A stretch of 64,000 nt of DNA. It comes from the human T2T-CHM13v2.0 reference genome, Homo sapiens. The notes beneath the pieces were generated by a model. The model saw only the letters and a list, made by a program, of their open reading frames with translations. It ran no database searches and was not told where the DNA came from. The stretch is taken from assembly GCF_009914755.1 (NCBI RefSeq), contig NC_060935.1. One strand, given 5' to 3'. How positions within the stretch are numbered: the stretch's first letter is position 1; each line of letters starts with the position of its first letter. The translations under genes were made by a program, and so were the position numbers. This document shows positions 26,775 to 47,054 of this stretch, one piece after another.

Positions 26775-28114
26775 ATTTATTCATTGATTTTTAAATTTTA
26801 GGTTTGAGGGTACATGTGAAAGTTTGTTATACAGATAAACGTGTCATGGTGGTTTGTTGTCCATATTATTACATCACACAAGTATTAAGCTCAGTACCCA
26901 ATAATTATCTGTTCTGCCCCTCCTCCCACTCTCCCCACTCAAGTAGACTCTAGCGTCTGTTGTATCCTTCTTCGTGTTCATAAGTTCCTATTATTTAGCT
27001 CCTATCGGGGAACCTGCCCCGATAGTCACATAGGTTCTTTTCTATTTTCCTTAAGTGTCAGCCGGCTTGAGAAATAAAGGAACAGAGTACAAAAGAGAGA
27101 AATTTTAAAGCTGGGCATCTGGGGGAGACAGCACATGTTGGTAGGTTCCGTGATGCCCCACAAGCTGCACAAACCAGCAAGTTTTTATTAGAGAGTTTCA
27201 AAAGGGGAGGGAGTGTGCAAATAGGTGTGGGTAACAGACATCAAGTACTTTACAAGGTAATAGAATATCACAAGGCAAATGGAGGCAGGGCGAGATCACA
27301 GGACCACAAGACCGGGGCAAAATTAAAATTGCTAATGAAGTTTCAGGCACCATTGTCATTGATAACATCTTATCAGGAGACAGGGTTTTGAGATCAACCG
27401 GTCTGACCAAAATTTATTAGGTGGGAATTTCCTCTTCCCAATAAACCTGGGAGTGCTATGGGAGACTGGGGTCTATTTCACCCCTGCAGTCTCAACCATA
27501 AGAGATGGCCATGCCTGGGGGTGCCAGTTCAGAGACCCATCCCCAGGTGCACATTCTCTTTCTCAGGGATGTTCCTTGCTGAGAAAAAGAATTCAGCGAT
27601 ATTTCTCCCCTTTGCTTTTGAAAGATGAGGAATATGGCTCTGTTCCACCTGGCTCACTGGCGGTCAGAGTTTAAGGTTATCTCTCTTGTTTCCTGAACAT
27701 TGCTGTTATCCTGTTCTTTTTTTCAAGGTGCCCAGATTTCATATTGCTCAAACACACATGCTGTACAATTTGTGCAGTTAATGCAATTATTACAGGGTCC
27801 TGAGGTGATATACGTCCTCAGCTGATAGGATTAAGAGATTAAAGTAAAGACAGGCATAGGAAATCACAAGGGTATTGATTGGGGAAGTGATAAGTTTCCA
27901 TGTAATCTTTACAATTTATGTTTAGAGATTGCAGTAAAGACAGGTGTAAGAAATTATAGAAGTATTAATTTGGGGAACTAATAAATGTCCATGAAATCTT
28001 CACAATTCACGTTCTTCTGCCATGGCTTCAGCCGGTCCCTTCATTTGGTGTCCGTGACTTCCCGCAACAAGCTCCCACTTATAAGTGAGAACATGAGGTA
28101 TTTGGTTTTCTGTT
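26775..28114 (-). mobile_element. L1 3' fragment (L1PA15/16-like) inserted in Tigger1, itself split by MER11
   Basis: L1 3'UTR (gggtacatgtg...agctcccacttataagtgagaacatg). Probable TSD tgacctcagtttt (26762) / taaccccaatttt (31000), with a residual L1 stub at 30984-31000. Confidence 0.75.
27003..28069 (-). mobile_element. MER11 (HERV-K11/HML-8) solo LTR
   Basis: Ends gacttcccgcaaca (reverse complement of TGTTGCGGGAAGTC); ~1.07 kb; perfect 6-bp TSD agctcc (26997-27002, 28070-28075). Confidence 0.93.
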
Positions 28115-28430
28115 TGATATAGTTTGGCTCTGTCCCCACCCAAATCTCATCTTGAATTGTAGTTCCTATAATCCCTACATGTTGACCAAGTAGGAGGTAA
28201 TTGCATCATGGGGGTGGTTACCCCCACGCTGTTCTTGTTACAGTGAATGGGTTCTTATGAAATCTGATGGCTTTATAAGGGGCTTTTCCCTGTTTGCTTG
28301 GCACTCATTCTCTCTCTTGCTGACCTGTGAAGAGGTGCCTTCTGCCATAATTGTGAGCTTCCTGAGGCCTCCCCAGCCATGCAGAACTGTGAGTCAATTG
28401 AACTTCTTTTCTTATAAATTGCCCAATCTC
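28115..28430 (+). mobile_element. THE1-type LTR, 3'-truncated
   Basis: Starts tgatatagtttggctctgtccccacccaaatctcatcttgaattgta; stops before the normal ...actaataca end. Confidence 0.85.
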
Positions 28431-28432
28431 TA

Positions 28433-28683
28433 TGTATTAGTCCATTTTCACACTGCTGATAAAGACATACTTGAGACTGGGAAGAAAAAGAGGTTTCATG
28501 GACTTACATTTCCATGTGGCTGGGGAGGCCTCACAATCATGGCAGAAGACAAGGAGAAGCAAGTCACATCTTACATGGATGGTGATAGGCAAAAAGAGAG
28601 CTTGTGCAGGGAAGCTCCCATTTTTAAAACCATCAGATCTCATGAGACTCATTCACTATCAGAAGAACAGCACAAGAAAGACC
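28433..28683 (-). mobile_element. THE1-type LTR fragment in opposite orientation
   Basis: tgtattagtccattttcacactgctgataaagacatac... is the reverse complement of a THE1 3' end; truncated at aagacc. Confidence 0.85.
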
Positions 28684-30983
28684 TGGTGGGAAGTGATTGG
28701 ATCATGGGGAGCAGTTTCTCAGGCTGTTTTCATTATAGTGAGGGAGTTCTTGTGAGAGCTGATGGTTTTAAAAGTGTTTGCAAGTTCCCCCTTCCCAGCT
28801 TTTCTCTCTTGCTTGCTACCATGTAGGACATGCTTTGTTTTCCCTTTGCCTTCCACCATGATTGTGAGATTCCTGAGGCCTCCTAGCTGTGCTTCTTCTT
28901 AAGCCTGTGGAACTGTGAGTCAATTAAAATTCTTTCCTTTATAAATTACCCTGTCTCAAGCATTTCTTTATAGTAGTGTGAAAACACACTAATACAGAGA
29001 ATTGATACCAGTAGAGTGGGGTACTGCTATAAAGATAACCAAAAATGTGGAAGTGACTTTGCAACTGGGTAAGAGGCAGAGGTTGGAATAGTTTGGAGGG
29101 CTCAGAAGAAGTCAGGATGGTGTGGGAAAGTTTGGAACTTCCTAGAGACTTGTTGAATGGCTTTGACCAAAATGCTGATAGTGATATGGACAATGAATTC
29201 CAGGTGGAGGTGGTCTCAGATGGAGATGAGGAACTTGTTGGGAACTAGAGTAAAGGTGACTCTTGCTATGCTTTAGCAAAGAGACTGGCAGCATTTTGCC
29301 CCTGCCCTAGAGATTTGTGGAACTTTAAACTTGAGAGAGATGATTTAGGGTATCTGGCAGAAGAAATTTTTAAGCAGCAAAGCATCCAAGAGGTGACTTG
29401 GATTACTCTGAAAGCATTCAGTTTTATGTGTTCACAAAGAGATGGTTTGAAATTGGAACTTATGTTTAAAAGGGAAGCAGAGCATAAAGGTTTGGAAAAT
29501 TTGCAGCCTGACCATGTGATGGGAAAGAAAAACTAATTTTCTGGGGAGGAATTTAAGCAGGCTGCAGAAACTTACATAAGTAATGAGGAGCTGAATGTTA
29601 ATATCAGAGACAATGGGGAAAATGTCTCCAGGGCATGTTAGAGACCTTTGAGGAAGCCCCTCACATCACAGGCCCAGAGGCCTAGGAGGGAAAAATGGCT
29701 TTATGTGCCAGGCTCAGGGCTCCTCTGCTCTGCAGCCTTAGGACTTAGTGCCCTGCATCCCAGTTTCTCCAGCTCCAGTCATGGCTAAAAGTTATAGCTT
29801 GGGCCGTTGCTTAGCCTTGGCAGCTTCCAAGTGGTATTGAGCCTGTGGGTGCACAGAATACAAGAGCTGAGCTTTGGGAATTTCTGCCTAGATTTCAAAG
29901 GATGTATGGAAATGCCCAGATGTCCAGGCAGAAGTCTGTTGCAGCAGTGGACCCCTCATGGAGAACCTCTTCTAGGGCAGTGCAGAAGGGAAATGTGGTG
30001 TTGGAGCCCCCACACAGAGTCCACACTGGGGCACTGCCTGCTGGAGCTGTGAAAAAAGGGCCACCATCCTCCAGACCCCAGAATGGCAGATCCACTGACA
30101 GCTTATATTGTACACCTGGAAAAGTTGCAGACACTCAATGCCAGACTGTAAAAGCAGCTGTAGGGGCTGTACCCTGCTAAGCTACAGGGGCAGAGCTGCT
30201 CAAGACTGGGGGAGCCCACCCCATGCATCAGTGTGCCCTGGATGTGAGACATGGAAATCATTTTGGAGATCATTTTGGAGATTTAACATTTAAAGACTGC
30301 CTCATTGGATTTCAGACTTGCATGGGGACTATAGCCCCTTTGTTTTGGCTAATTTCTTTCATTTGGAAATGGGAACATTTATGCAATGACTGTACCGTCA
30401 TTGTATCTTAGATGTAACTAACTTGTTTTTTATTTTACAGGGTCATAGGTGGGAAAAACTTGTCTCGGATGAGACATTGGACTTGGACATTTGTGTTAAT
30501 GCTGTAATGAGTTAAGACTCTGGGGGAATGTTGGAAAGGCATAATTGGTTTTGAAATGTGAAAGGGACGTGAGATTTGGGAGGGGCTGGGGGTGGAATCA
30601 TATGGTTTGGCTCTGTGTTCCCCACCAAAATCTCATCTTTAATTGTAATCCCGACATGTGGAAGGAGGGACCCAGTGGAAGGTGATTGGATCATGGGCGT
30701 GGTTTCCTGCATTCTGTTCTCATGATAGTGAGGGAGTTCTCATGAGAGCTGATGGTTTTAAAAGTGTTTGAAAGTTCTCCCTTTGCAACTCTTCTTTCAC
30801 CTGCAGTCATATAAGAGATGCTTTTGCCTCCTCTTCACCTTCTGCCATAATTGTACGTTTCCTGAGGCTTCCCAGCCATGCTTCCTGTTAAGCCTATGGG
30901 ACTGTGAGTTGATTAAAACTTCCCTTTATAAATTACCCAGTCTCAGGCATTTCTTTATAGCAGTATGAAAATGAATTAATACA
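28680..30983 (+). mobile_element. MSTA/THE1D-type MaLR: partial 5' LTR (28680-28996), internal region (28997-30597), 3' LTR (30598-30983)
   Basis: actaataca followed by the internal start gagaattgataccagtagagtgggg; MaLR ORF remnants (LWEFLPRFQRMYGNA); PPT gggaggggctgggggtggaa precedes the 3' LTR. Confidence 0.9.
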
Positions 30984-31120
30984 AGTACCATGTTGTTTTT
31001 AACCCCAATTTTAAAAGAAGTTCTACTGTGGGTAAAATGCTATCAAATAACATTGCACGCTGCAGTAAAATCTTTTATAAAAGGAAGAGTCAACCAGTGT
31101 GACAAACTAAACTATTGCAT

Positions 31121-31460
<340 letters not shown>

Positions 31461-31714
31461 CTGTTGCATTATTTTAAGATTTTGCCACAGCCACTCTAAC
31501 CTTCAACAACCACTACCCTGATCAGTAGGCAGTGATCAACATTGAGGCAAGACCCTCCAACAGTAAAAAAGTTTATGACTCATTGAAGGCTCAGATGATC
31601 GTTAGCATTTCTTAGCAATAAAGTATTCTTTAATTAAGGTATGTACTTTTCTTTAGACATCATGCCATTGCACTCAATAGATGATGGGATAGTATAAATA
31701 TATTTTTGTGCATC

Positions 31715-38370
<6,656 letters not shown>

Positions 38371-40048
38371 TTTCCTTATTGTTGATTTTTAAGAGATTTT
38401 TTAGTATCTTAGATAACTGTCCTTTGTCAGCTGTATCAAACAAAATTTACTCCAAGTTGGTGACTTGTTTTCTTGTCATCTTGATGTTGTCTTTTGCAGA
38501 ACAGATGTTTTTAATTTTAATATGGTCTAACTTATTAATTATTTATTTCCTATATTATTTCTTTGGTGTTGTATCTAAAAAGTCATCATACCCAAGATCA
38601 TCTAGGGTTTCTCCTATGTTATCTTCTAGGGGTTTTATACTTTTGCATTTTTATATTTATGTCTATGATCTATTTTGACTGAATTTTTGTGAAGATTTTC
38701 CATTTTTGATTCAGTGTTGGTGGGTTGTATATTTCCAGGAATGTATTTATTTTTCTAGGTAATTCAACTTGGTGTAAAAATGTTTACAGTAGTCTCTTAT
38801 GATTATTAGTATTACTGTGGTATTAGTTGTAATGTTTTCACTTTCATTTATGATATTTGAGTCTTCTCTCTTTTCTTAGTGTAGCTACAGGTTGTCGATT
38901 TTGTTTATCTTTCCAATAAACCAACTCTTGTTTATTGATCTTTTCTATTGTTTTTGTATTCCTATTTAGTTTATTATTTTCTCTGGTATTGATTATTTCC
39001 CCCTTTCTGTGGATTTTGGGCTTAACTTTGTTTTTCTTTTCCTACTTCCTCGAGATGTAAAGTTAGGTTGTTTATCTAATATCTTTTTTCCTTTATTTTT
39101 TTAAATTTTATTTTAAATTCAGGGGTGCATGTGCAGGTTTGTTATACAGGTAAACTCATGTCATGGGGGTTGTTGTACAGATGATTTCACCACCAGGTAA
39201 TAAGTCTAGTACCCTTTAGTTATTTAACATCTTTTATCTTAATGTAGGTGTTTATCACTATAAACTTTCTTCTTTGCACTGCTTTAGCTGCATCCATTAA
39301 GTTTGTTACATTGTGTTTTCATTTTCATTTCTCTCATTTTGAAATGTCTTCATTTTCATTTGTCTCAAGATATTTTTTGTTTCCTTTTTGATATCTTCTT
39401 TGACCCATTGGCTTTCAGGAATTTGCTGTAAAATTTCCACATATATTTGAGAATTTTCCAATTTTTGACATCTCTTTGATTTCTTGCTTCATACAGTTGT
39501 GGTCAGAAATGATATTTGGTATGATCTCATTCATCTTCAATTTGTTAAGACCTTTTTTACAGCCTACCACATGATGTATCCTGGAGGATAATCCATGTGA
39601 GCTTGGCTGCTTTTGGATGGAATGTTCTGTATATATTTCCTAGGACTATTTGGTCTATAGCATTGTTCAAGTCTGCTATTTCCTTATTGATTTTTCTATC
39701 TGGATGATCTATCCATTATTGAAACTGGGGTATTGAAGTTCCCTATTATTATATTGCTTTTTGTTTCTCCCTTCTGTTCTATTAACAGTGTTCCTATGTT
39801 GGGTGCATATATATTTACAATTGTTATATCATCTTGATGTATTGACCTCTTTATCATTATATAATAACCTTCTTCATCTCTTATGGCAATTTATGACCAT
39901 CTATATTTTGTCTAACATAAATACAGCTACCTCTACTGTCTTGCTTCCCATTTGAGTGGGATATCATTTTCCATTCCTTTAATTTCAGTCTTTGTGTGTA
40001 CTTGAAGCTAAAGTAATTCTCTTTTAAGCAGCACATAGTTGGATCAGG
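38371..40048 (-). mobile_element. Old L1M ORF2 fragments, with a short L1PA 3' stub at ~39090-39223
   Basis: Diverged L1 ORF2 antisense sequence; stub flanked by TSD taatatctttt / taacatctttt. Confidence 0.75.
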
Positions 40049-40194
40049 GAAGAAACTTTAAAATACTGTGGATTTCCATTTTACCCACAACTTTGCATGA
40101 AGAGAGAGATGGTCATACACATTTCAGGAGTAAAGCAAGGACTGTCAACTGGGTGTCAGCAGCAGTTGGTTGAAGAGTTAATTGATAGTACCTC

Positions 40195-40380
40195 TTTTAA
40201 TCCTCTAATTAGTCATGTGAAGTAAGTACTATTATTATTCCTCTCCTTCATATGAGAAAACAGAGAAACAAGGATATTGGGTAATTTGTTCCAGTTCTCC
40301 CTCCAAATTGGTAGAGATTGGATTTGAGCCCACAGGTCCGGATTACGGTCCTCACCCGTTACCCATTCTGCTGCACCACA
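40195..40380 (-). mobile_element. MIR
   Basis: tactattattattcc...atgagaaaacagag...taatttgttc...ggatttgagccca core. Confidence 0.6.
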
Positions 40381-40974
40381 TGGAAGGAAAATAAACAGTG
40401 AAACTTTTACTCTTGGGGATTGAAAAATAGCAACTCACACTTTTTTTTTTTTTTTTAGCAAAGTAGAGTAGGCAAATTTTGGAAATAGCAAGGAAAAAAA
40501 ACTCTTGAAGTATGGAACACACAAAAGGTGGGTGGATAACAATGGAAAACAAATCCTGTAACTTAGCAGACCCTTCCTATCTTTAAAAAGACCCCAGTTC
40601 ATTCAGACTGCCCAGTACTGGCACAGTACAGGATGACCTGAATGGCAGAGAGCAGCAACCTCTGGACATCAAGGACTGACTGCATCTATCACGTGATTTC
40701 TTAGTCCTTCCAGCCCTGATTGTCCTCATAAGAATGTGGAGGAAAATCACAACTTCATCATGTTCCTTTAGGGCACATTAGGCTTTTTATTCATGGAAGT
40801 GAACACAGTTTGCAGCTCTATTTTTTAAGTGTATAGTTCTAAGTGTATATTTTAAAAATGTGTAAGAAATGATTTCTGGAAGATCACAAACCAAGTGGAT
40901 GACTGAACTGAAACCAAAGCTCAGGGCTTCCCAGATGTTCCGTTCCCAACCATCCCACTGTCTTTTAGGCTAGA

Positions 40975-41260
40975 AGGCACAAAGCAGAAACCTGAGGCTG
41001 AATTCAGATTCCAATTGGGTTCTGTTTGGCCTGCAATTAATTCAAATTAGTTTTTGTCATTTTAAAACATTGGGGCATTTCATATTTTTAAAAATAACAG
41101 AATACTTGGCAACCTCAGGCTCATATCCCTACATGACAGTGACCAAATAGAGATGGAGAGCAGTTGCCTCCTTGAGGCAGGGCATGTCCAGGTTGCCACA
41201 GTCCTTGCTCTTATCCCCATTACTAAAGGCATGTATTGTTTGCCATTTATCAAATGTTTG
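40975..41260. mobile_element. Old hAT-Charlie-type fragment (MER102-like)
   Basis: tgtttggcctgca...ttggcaacc...ggttgccacagtcc motifs. Confidence 0.4.
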
Positions 41261-41964
41261 CTCAGTTCTTTCTCTTAAAAGGGAAAGTCACACATTTCCT
41301 GTAACATATTAAAGTATCTCTTACCTGGTCCCAGCTTGCTTCATTTACCTGGAACCTGTAAGCAATTGAGTTATTATCCTATCCCTTCCCCTCTGAACCA
41401 TGCATTTCTCATTTGCAAAGTGAGGAATATAAACGTGATGATTCCAAGGCCTCTTCTGGTTCTGGCTTCCAGGGCTTTCCAGGTCTACACTTCAGAAATG
41501 AGTTGTGATGTTGACAATACTTAATTGTTCTGCAGATGGTTTTTGAGAGATCTAACCATTTGAGGGCTCTAACCATTAAAAGAGTCTAACCCTTGACTCT
41601 TTTGTCCTATAATTATGATTTATCTCATTCCTTGAAAGAAAATTTCCTCTTGTTTTTTTGGGAGGTTTATTGTTAATCTTTGAATAAAATGAGTACTTCA
41701 AAAATGCAGCATAGCTGCAGTTGCTAAGAAGACGGAAGAGCAACAGAGGCTGCCTGGGAACAAGACCATCAGAAAACTCTTACTTTACTTCCTGCCTCCT
41801 CTCCCCCTTCTCTCTTTCTTTCTGTCTCTCTCAAAGGTATCAACCTTTTCTACAAAGACAAGTCTTAGTCAAGAGTAGTTTAAGTTGTCTTGAATCCACA
41901 AAATTCAATTCTAAAGACAACTCCCAAGCAGCCAAACAAATAGTAAAATAATCTCCTTGGTTTT

Positions 41965-42105
41965 AATTTTGGCTCTGTCACTAGATAGTCATTTGACCTT
42001 GGGCAAGTAATTAATTTTTCTCTGGGCCTTAATTTCCCCTGTGTAAAATAGAAGAGTACCGGAATGGCTGGATGCTCTTGCAGCTCCTTCTAGCCCTAAC
42101 ATTTT
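41965..42105 (+). mobile_element. MIR
   Basis: ggctctgtcact...tgaccttgggcaagtaattaa...tctgggccttaatttcccctgtgtaaaat. Confidence 0.7.
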
Positions 42106-43854
42106 GTAAGGAAACTGCCAGAGATTTAGAGAGTGAGGTGGCACCACAGGGTAACTTCTCTACAACTCTGAAACCAGGTAAGCCAGGTCCTGGGACCCCT
42201 TCACCTGGTAGCCATAATACACAACTCTAGGTCTTTGGCTTTCTCTCCTCTGACTCTCTGCTGGCTATCTAATAAATGGTAAAGGAGGGGCTTGCTTTCT
42301 ACCTTTCTCACTGTATGTGATGTTCCCTAAGTATCAGCTTTGCTTGGTAATATTTCTTTTAAGTTAGTTCCTGTGTTGTAGAAAGGGCTAATGACAAGAC
42401 CTAAATGTCTTTGATTATTTATTATTCAAGTCCAGAATCACCTTCAGATTCTTCAGGTGCTCAGCTTCAGGGATGATGAAGTGATGATTTAAGCAACATG
42501 TTCACTCCCTGGTAACCTATGTAAAAATTACAGAAATGGCTCTGCCATTTAACCAACTCTGTCTTGGCCTAACCCTCAAGGTAGGATAAAATGTACCTAA
42601 ATGTCTTACAAAGTAAAATACAGCCTACCAGTGGGAAAGCTATTGTGTCCGAGCTTGTATTTTCTCTTTCACAGATGAATTTTGCCCATTTGTCATGGCA
42701 CCCTTCTGCCACCCAGGTTCTTGACTTAGCAGGGTTAGGGGATATAGGGAGCTCAACACCACGCTCCTCTGCCTATCTCTTAATGAAACAATGGAGTGGG
42801 CTGTTTTGGGAGATAACTCTCAGTTTCTGGAGATGTAGAAGCAGATGTTCATGAGTCCTTCTCGAGAATGCTGGGAAACAGAGGGATAAGATTAGATTCA
42901 AATGAGTAAATTGCTGAGTACCTGCTATGTTCCAGAAATTTTCCTAGGTGACTTGTGAATAAAACGTAGTCCTTGTTTTAGGAGCTTATATTTTATAGGG
43001 GGAAATAACCTCCAATGTTCTTTTCTAACCAGAGATTCCAAGATTCATCAGTTCCAAGTAATGATGGCAAAAATTTGCCAAGAATTTTAAAAAAAATTAT
43101 ATAGAAATTTTGGCACAAATATTTAACAGTGATTTTTGGCCAGGGATTCAGGGCCCTAACGATATTTGCACCTCACAGTGAAAGCAATAGGGGCCTCTGG
43201 ACAGTACCTTGACAGGTAGAAACCCGACCACTGGGAGCTGTTCTGGGTCCTGAAAATGGAGTCAGAGTCGGGAGAGGTTGATTCAAAGTTTGTATTTCCA
43301 AGGTACAAATGGTCCAGAGTGTAGCTTGTGAAAGAGAGAGTTGGAGAGGAACATGTACAGGCATCAGGTGTTGTATATATCCACAAATCACCAGGAATAC
43401 ATCTTAGAGATGATAACTTCTATATCTTTCTTTCAGAGATGGAGTAACTTAGACCTAGAGGGAAGCGCCTTGCATGAAATCACAATGCTCAATAGCAAAT
43501 TGGAATTAAAATTAACCTTATTAAATATTGATAAGAAGAAACATCATACATATAAGTGTAAATAGTATGACTCCACTTTTGATTGAAAATCATATGTGGT
43601 TATCTTTTGGAGGTGAGATTGCAAGGATTTTTAATTTTCTTTGGTATACATTGATGTATTGAAAAATGTTCTACAGTGAGAATACATAACTGAAAAAGAA
43701 ACATTATTCAAAAGAACTTGTATTTTCAATGATTCAAAGGAAATAAACCAAATACCAACAGCAGTGGTGATGTGTGTGTGTGCTTGTGTATATATCTTTA
43801 CCTTTTTTCTACTTTCATGAATTTCCACATTGTATTTAATAACTACTGACATTG

Positions 43855-44270
43855 CTAGTCTACCCAGTATGAAGTCATCCTTTCACTTGGGGCATACAGT
43901 AGAATTACCCCTCCTTGCTCTTGCACTTTTGGAGCAAGGAAGGGTAATATGACTAATTCTTGTCAATAGGTGTGGCCTGCATGATCAATAGAAGTAGTCA
44001 AATTTGCCTCAGGGCCACAGCATTTAATTTCCAGTGCAAGTCTTTCTAGAAACAGTAGACTTGAAGCCTCCTGTTGAGATGGATATACCTCAAGATAGAA
44101 GCTGCTTGCACTGCTAAGCAGTAAACCTGAAAGACAGCTGCCCTGGAGAGGTTCCCAGACATGCTTTATACTTTGTATGAATAGGAAATAAACATTTGCT
44201 GTGTTAAGTCACTGAGATTTTGGTGTTGGTTTTTGCCACAGCCTAACCTAGTCTATTCTGACTAATAAAG
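43855..44270 (+). mobile_element. MLT1-type MaLR LTR (old)
   Basis: 3' end aataaacatttgctgtgttaagtcactgagattttgg...agcctaacctagtctattctgactaata. Confidence 0.7.
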
Positions 44271-44594
44271 TAACACATATATCTTTTGTACTAAAAAATT
44301 ACTACCATTTTATAAAATATAATCAACTAAAGATGTACCATATGCAGAAAACTTTGTTAGAATTTCAGAAAAAACACATTTGTAATTAATCATTATTCTA
44401 AGATTGTTTTACAATGAAGATCAATTGTTTCAGTTAACAAATACTGATTTGTGATGCACAGATAACTGAATTATAGACTTGTAATATTGGAAGGGACCTC
44501 AAAATTTCTTTTTGCACACCTTATAAGTTCATATAGAGGTATATCTAAACCAGCCAATATGGTTTAGCCATTGTCTAAACCAATGGATTCCAAA

Positions 44595-44750
44595 GCCTTG
44601 ATCATCAGAAATACCAGAACTTGAAAAAAAGAGACTCCTAAGTCACACTTCTGGAGTTTTGGTTAAGGAGATTTAAGACAGGACCTGGGAAATGGCATTT
44701 AAAAACTGCTATGTGATTTCCATCCCAGATAGATCTGGGAACCACTGGTT
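44595..44750. mobile_element. MER5A-like DNA transposon fragment
   Basis: catcagaaatacc...ggacctgggaaatggcatttaaaa...tgattt...gggaaccactg. Confidence 0.55.
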
Positions 44751-44832
44751 GAGAGGAAGACTTTCAAATGTTCATTACTTCAATTTAAACTTCACTTAAA
44801 CTTTGTGTCAATGTCGATGTTGAGATCACTTT

Positions 44833-45290
44833 TGTAATTTCAGGTCAGGTGCTCCAGAAGCAGAATCCAAGGTGAGGAATCATATGCATGTGACTTGTTA
44901 AGGAGTGCCCTCAGGGGAAGCCTGTAAGGGAGTGGGGAAAAGAGGACAGGGAAGGGGACAAAAACTGGGCAGAAATATGATTTCAGAAAAGTCTAGCTTC
45001 AGCTGGCTCCTGTAGGCAGCCCTGAGTATAGACTGCACTGTAGATTTGTCCAGTTTGAGTCAGGTGAGCTGGGCTTCTGTACACTGCACATATTGGTCAG
45101 TCATTAGCTCTAGGCAGCCTGGGTTGGGGGTAATGTGAACTGTGAGATCTCTCCAATCACCCAAGGACAATTCACTGGTGAGGTTACAAGCATGAGTTGT
45201 TAGCAGAAATTCAGTTGGCAGCTGGGGGTAAGTGTACCAAACTGGAAAAAAGGAATCCCTGGGGAAGGGTTCACCAACAGCATCTAGCTG
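44833..45290 (-). mobile_element. ERVL LTR (LTR16-like)
   Basis: tgtaatttcaggtcaggtgctccagaagcaga...gggagtggggaaaagaggacagggaagggg. Confidence 0.55.
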
Positions 45291-45379
45291 ACATCTACTG
45301 GATTCTATTCATGTGATTGTTTCCTGCCTCTTCTGCAGTGGATGGTCTCTAGTGGGTATTACTGTGATACAAAGGGCAC

Positions 45380-45950
45380 AGTTCAGTGGTTCTTAAGATA
45401 TTCACGGATTTGTGCAAATATCATCACACTTTAATTTTAGAACATTTTCATTCTAGAAAGAAACTTTGTACCCTTTAGTAATTATTTCCAATACCTGCTT
45501 CTCTTCCCCTTGTTCTGCCTCAGCACCAAGCAACCACTAATTTACTTTCTGTCCCTATGGATTTGTCTACTCTGGGCATTTCATAGAATTGGAATCATGT
45601 AATATGTGGTGTCTGGTATCTTTCACTGAGCAAAATGCTCTCAAGATTTATTTATGTTGTAGCATAATAATTAATACCTCATTTTTATCCACATTTTGTT
45701 TATCCATTCATTAATTGATATATATTTAGGTTGCTTCCAGTTTTGTCTATTACGGATAATGCTGCTATGAACATTTCTGCACGAGATTTATGTACACACG
45801 TATTTTCATATTTCAGATATTTCTCTTGAGTATCTGCTTAGGTGTGAAATTGCTGGGTCATGTGGTAACTCTGTTTGGTGTTTGAGGAACTGACAAACGT
45901 TTCCACAGTGTTTGTACCATTTTGCATTCCTGCCAGGCATTTACGAGCGC
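45380..45950 (-). mobile_element. Old L1M (L1MB/ME) 3' fragment
   Basis: ttttagaacattttcatt...caaccactaatttactttctgtccctatggatttg...aatgctgctatgaacatt. Confidence 0.75.
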
Positions 45951-46329
45951 TCCATATATCTTCTTTTTCTACCCCAGATGCCTCTAGTACCATGGGATCT
46001 TTGGGTCATGTGGCTCAAGTGACAGAGTTGTTTGTACTGCAGACTAAACCTGCTACAGGGCCTTTTTCTTGCTTCGGGTTCCCCTCAAAACTGGCATCCT
46101 TGCACATCACTCAATAAATGAGTCATCTCAGTATTTTCCAGTGTGAACTATTCTGCCTTCAAACTCCAAAGAGACTGACCAAACCTTGAGTTTTTTTCTT
46201 GGCGGTAGGGGGTACAAGGTGCCATATCTTGTCTTTTACTTTGAAGAAGACCTCAAAGTAAAAGTAAACTGAAGCAAACTGCTTCTGAACCTCCTTCCTG
46301 ATGTATTTTTAAGTAATACGTTTGCCAGA

Positions 46330-47010
46330 TCAGAAGCAATACCATACACCCAAGGTCATGTTGCTATGGTTGTTACTATGGTCAGCAGCTGTGGTTGTTA
46401 CTATGATTTGGTAGTTGTCAGTAGACCACTGTCATCTGCAATATCCATTTGCTTTTTACAAGAGTCAGACCAGTGAAAATAGCATGTCATTGAGACAACA
46501 ACTGGTGCATCATTTAAATTGTTGCAGGTAGTACCAATATCAGTCACTACCCCTGGAATGCAATGTTATTTTTTACTACTTTGACCAGAAGAGGGTATAA
46601 ATTCAGGGGCTTCCACTTAGTCTTTCACACTATAGTAGTATTCATTTCATGGTCAAGGAACCAATATGAAGCTTTTGCTGACTGCTAAGTAAGTCCATAC
46701 CAATGATACATTTCAGAACTGGAGAGATGACCACTAGTAGATTTGTGGACCTAGTGGCTCAGACAGATCTGACCCAAGACTCAATTTGTTTCTTAATTCC
46801 ATGTGCCACTTCACTAACAGGGTGATGATGGTGCTTTGTGTCCCTAGGTTTCTGTGTCAGCTCAAATGAGAAATAATAGCCCTCATTAGATCTAGGTATT
46901 CTCCTTTATCCAAATACTGGCACTATAGTTACCAAAATACTGGCAATAGGTCTCTTCAGGGAAGGACTAGAGGAATCACTATTACACAGTGGTATTTCAG
47001 GGCCCTTCCT
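46330..47010 (-). mobile_element. ERVL internal (pro/pol) fragment
   Basis: Minus strand encodes KTKWKP...HCIPG, resembling the ERVL pol start KAKWKPL...QYRIPGG; heavily decayed. Confidence 0.55.
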
Positions 47011-47054
47011 TAAGTGGACTTAGCTTCTCTTTCTCTAAAATAAAATGTAGATTA

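Noticed and set aside
28257-28826. 189-aa ORF
   Set aside because: Chance read-through across three fused MaLR LTR pieces.
42591-42854. Acceptor-like ttttctctttcacag followed by ATG
   Set aside because: Isolated motif; the translation is not recognisable and there is no supporting structure.
43156-43391. ORFs in unique sequence as a possible coding exon
   Set aside because: No recognisable protein similarity, weak splice signals and no partner exons.
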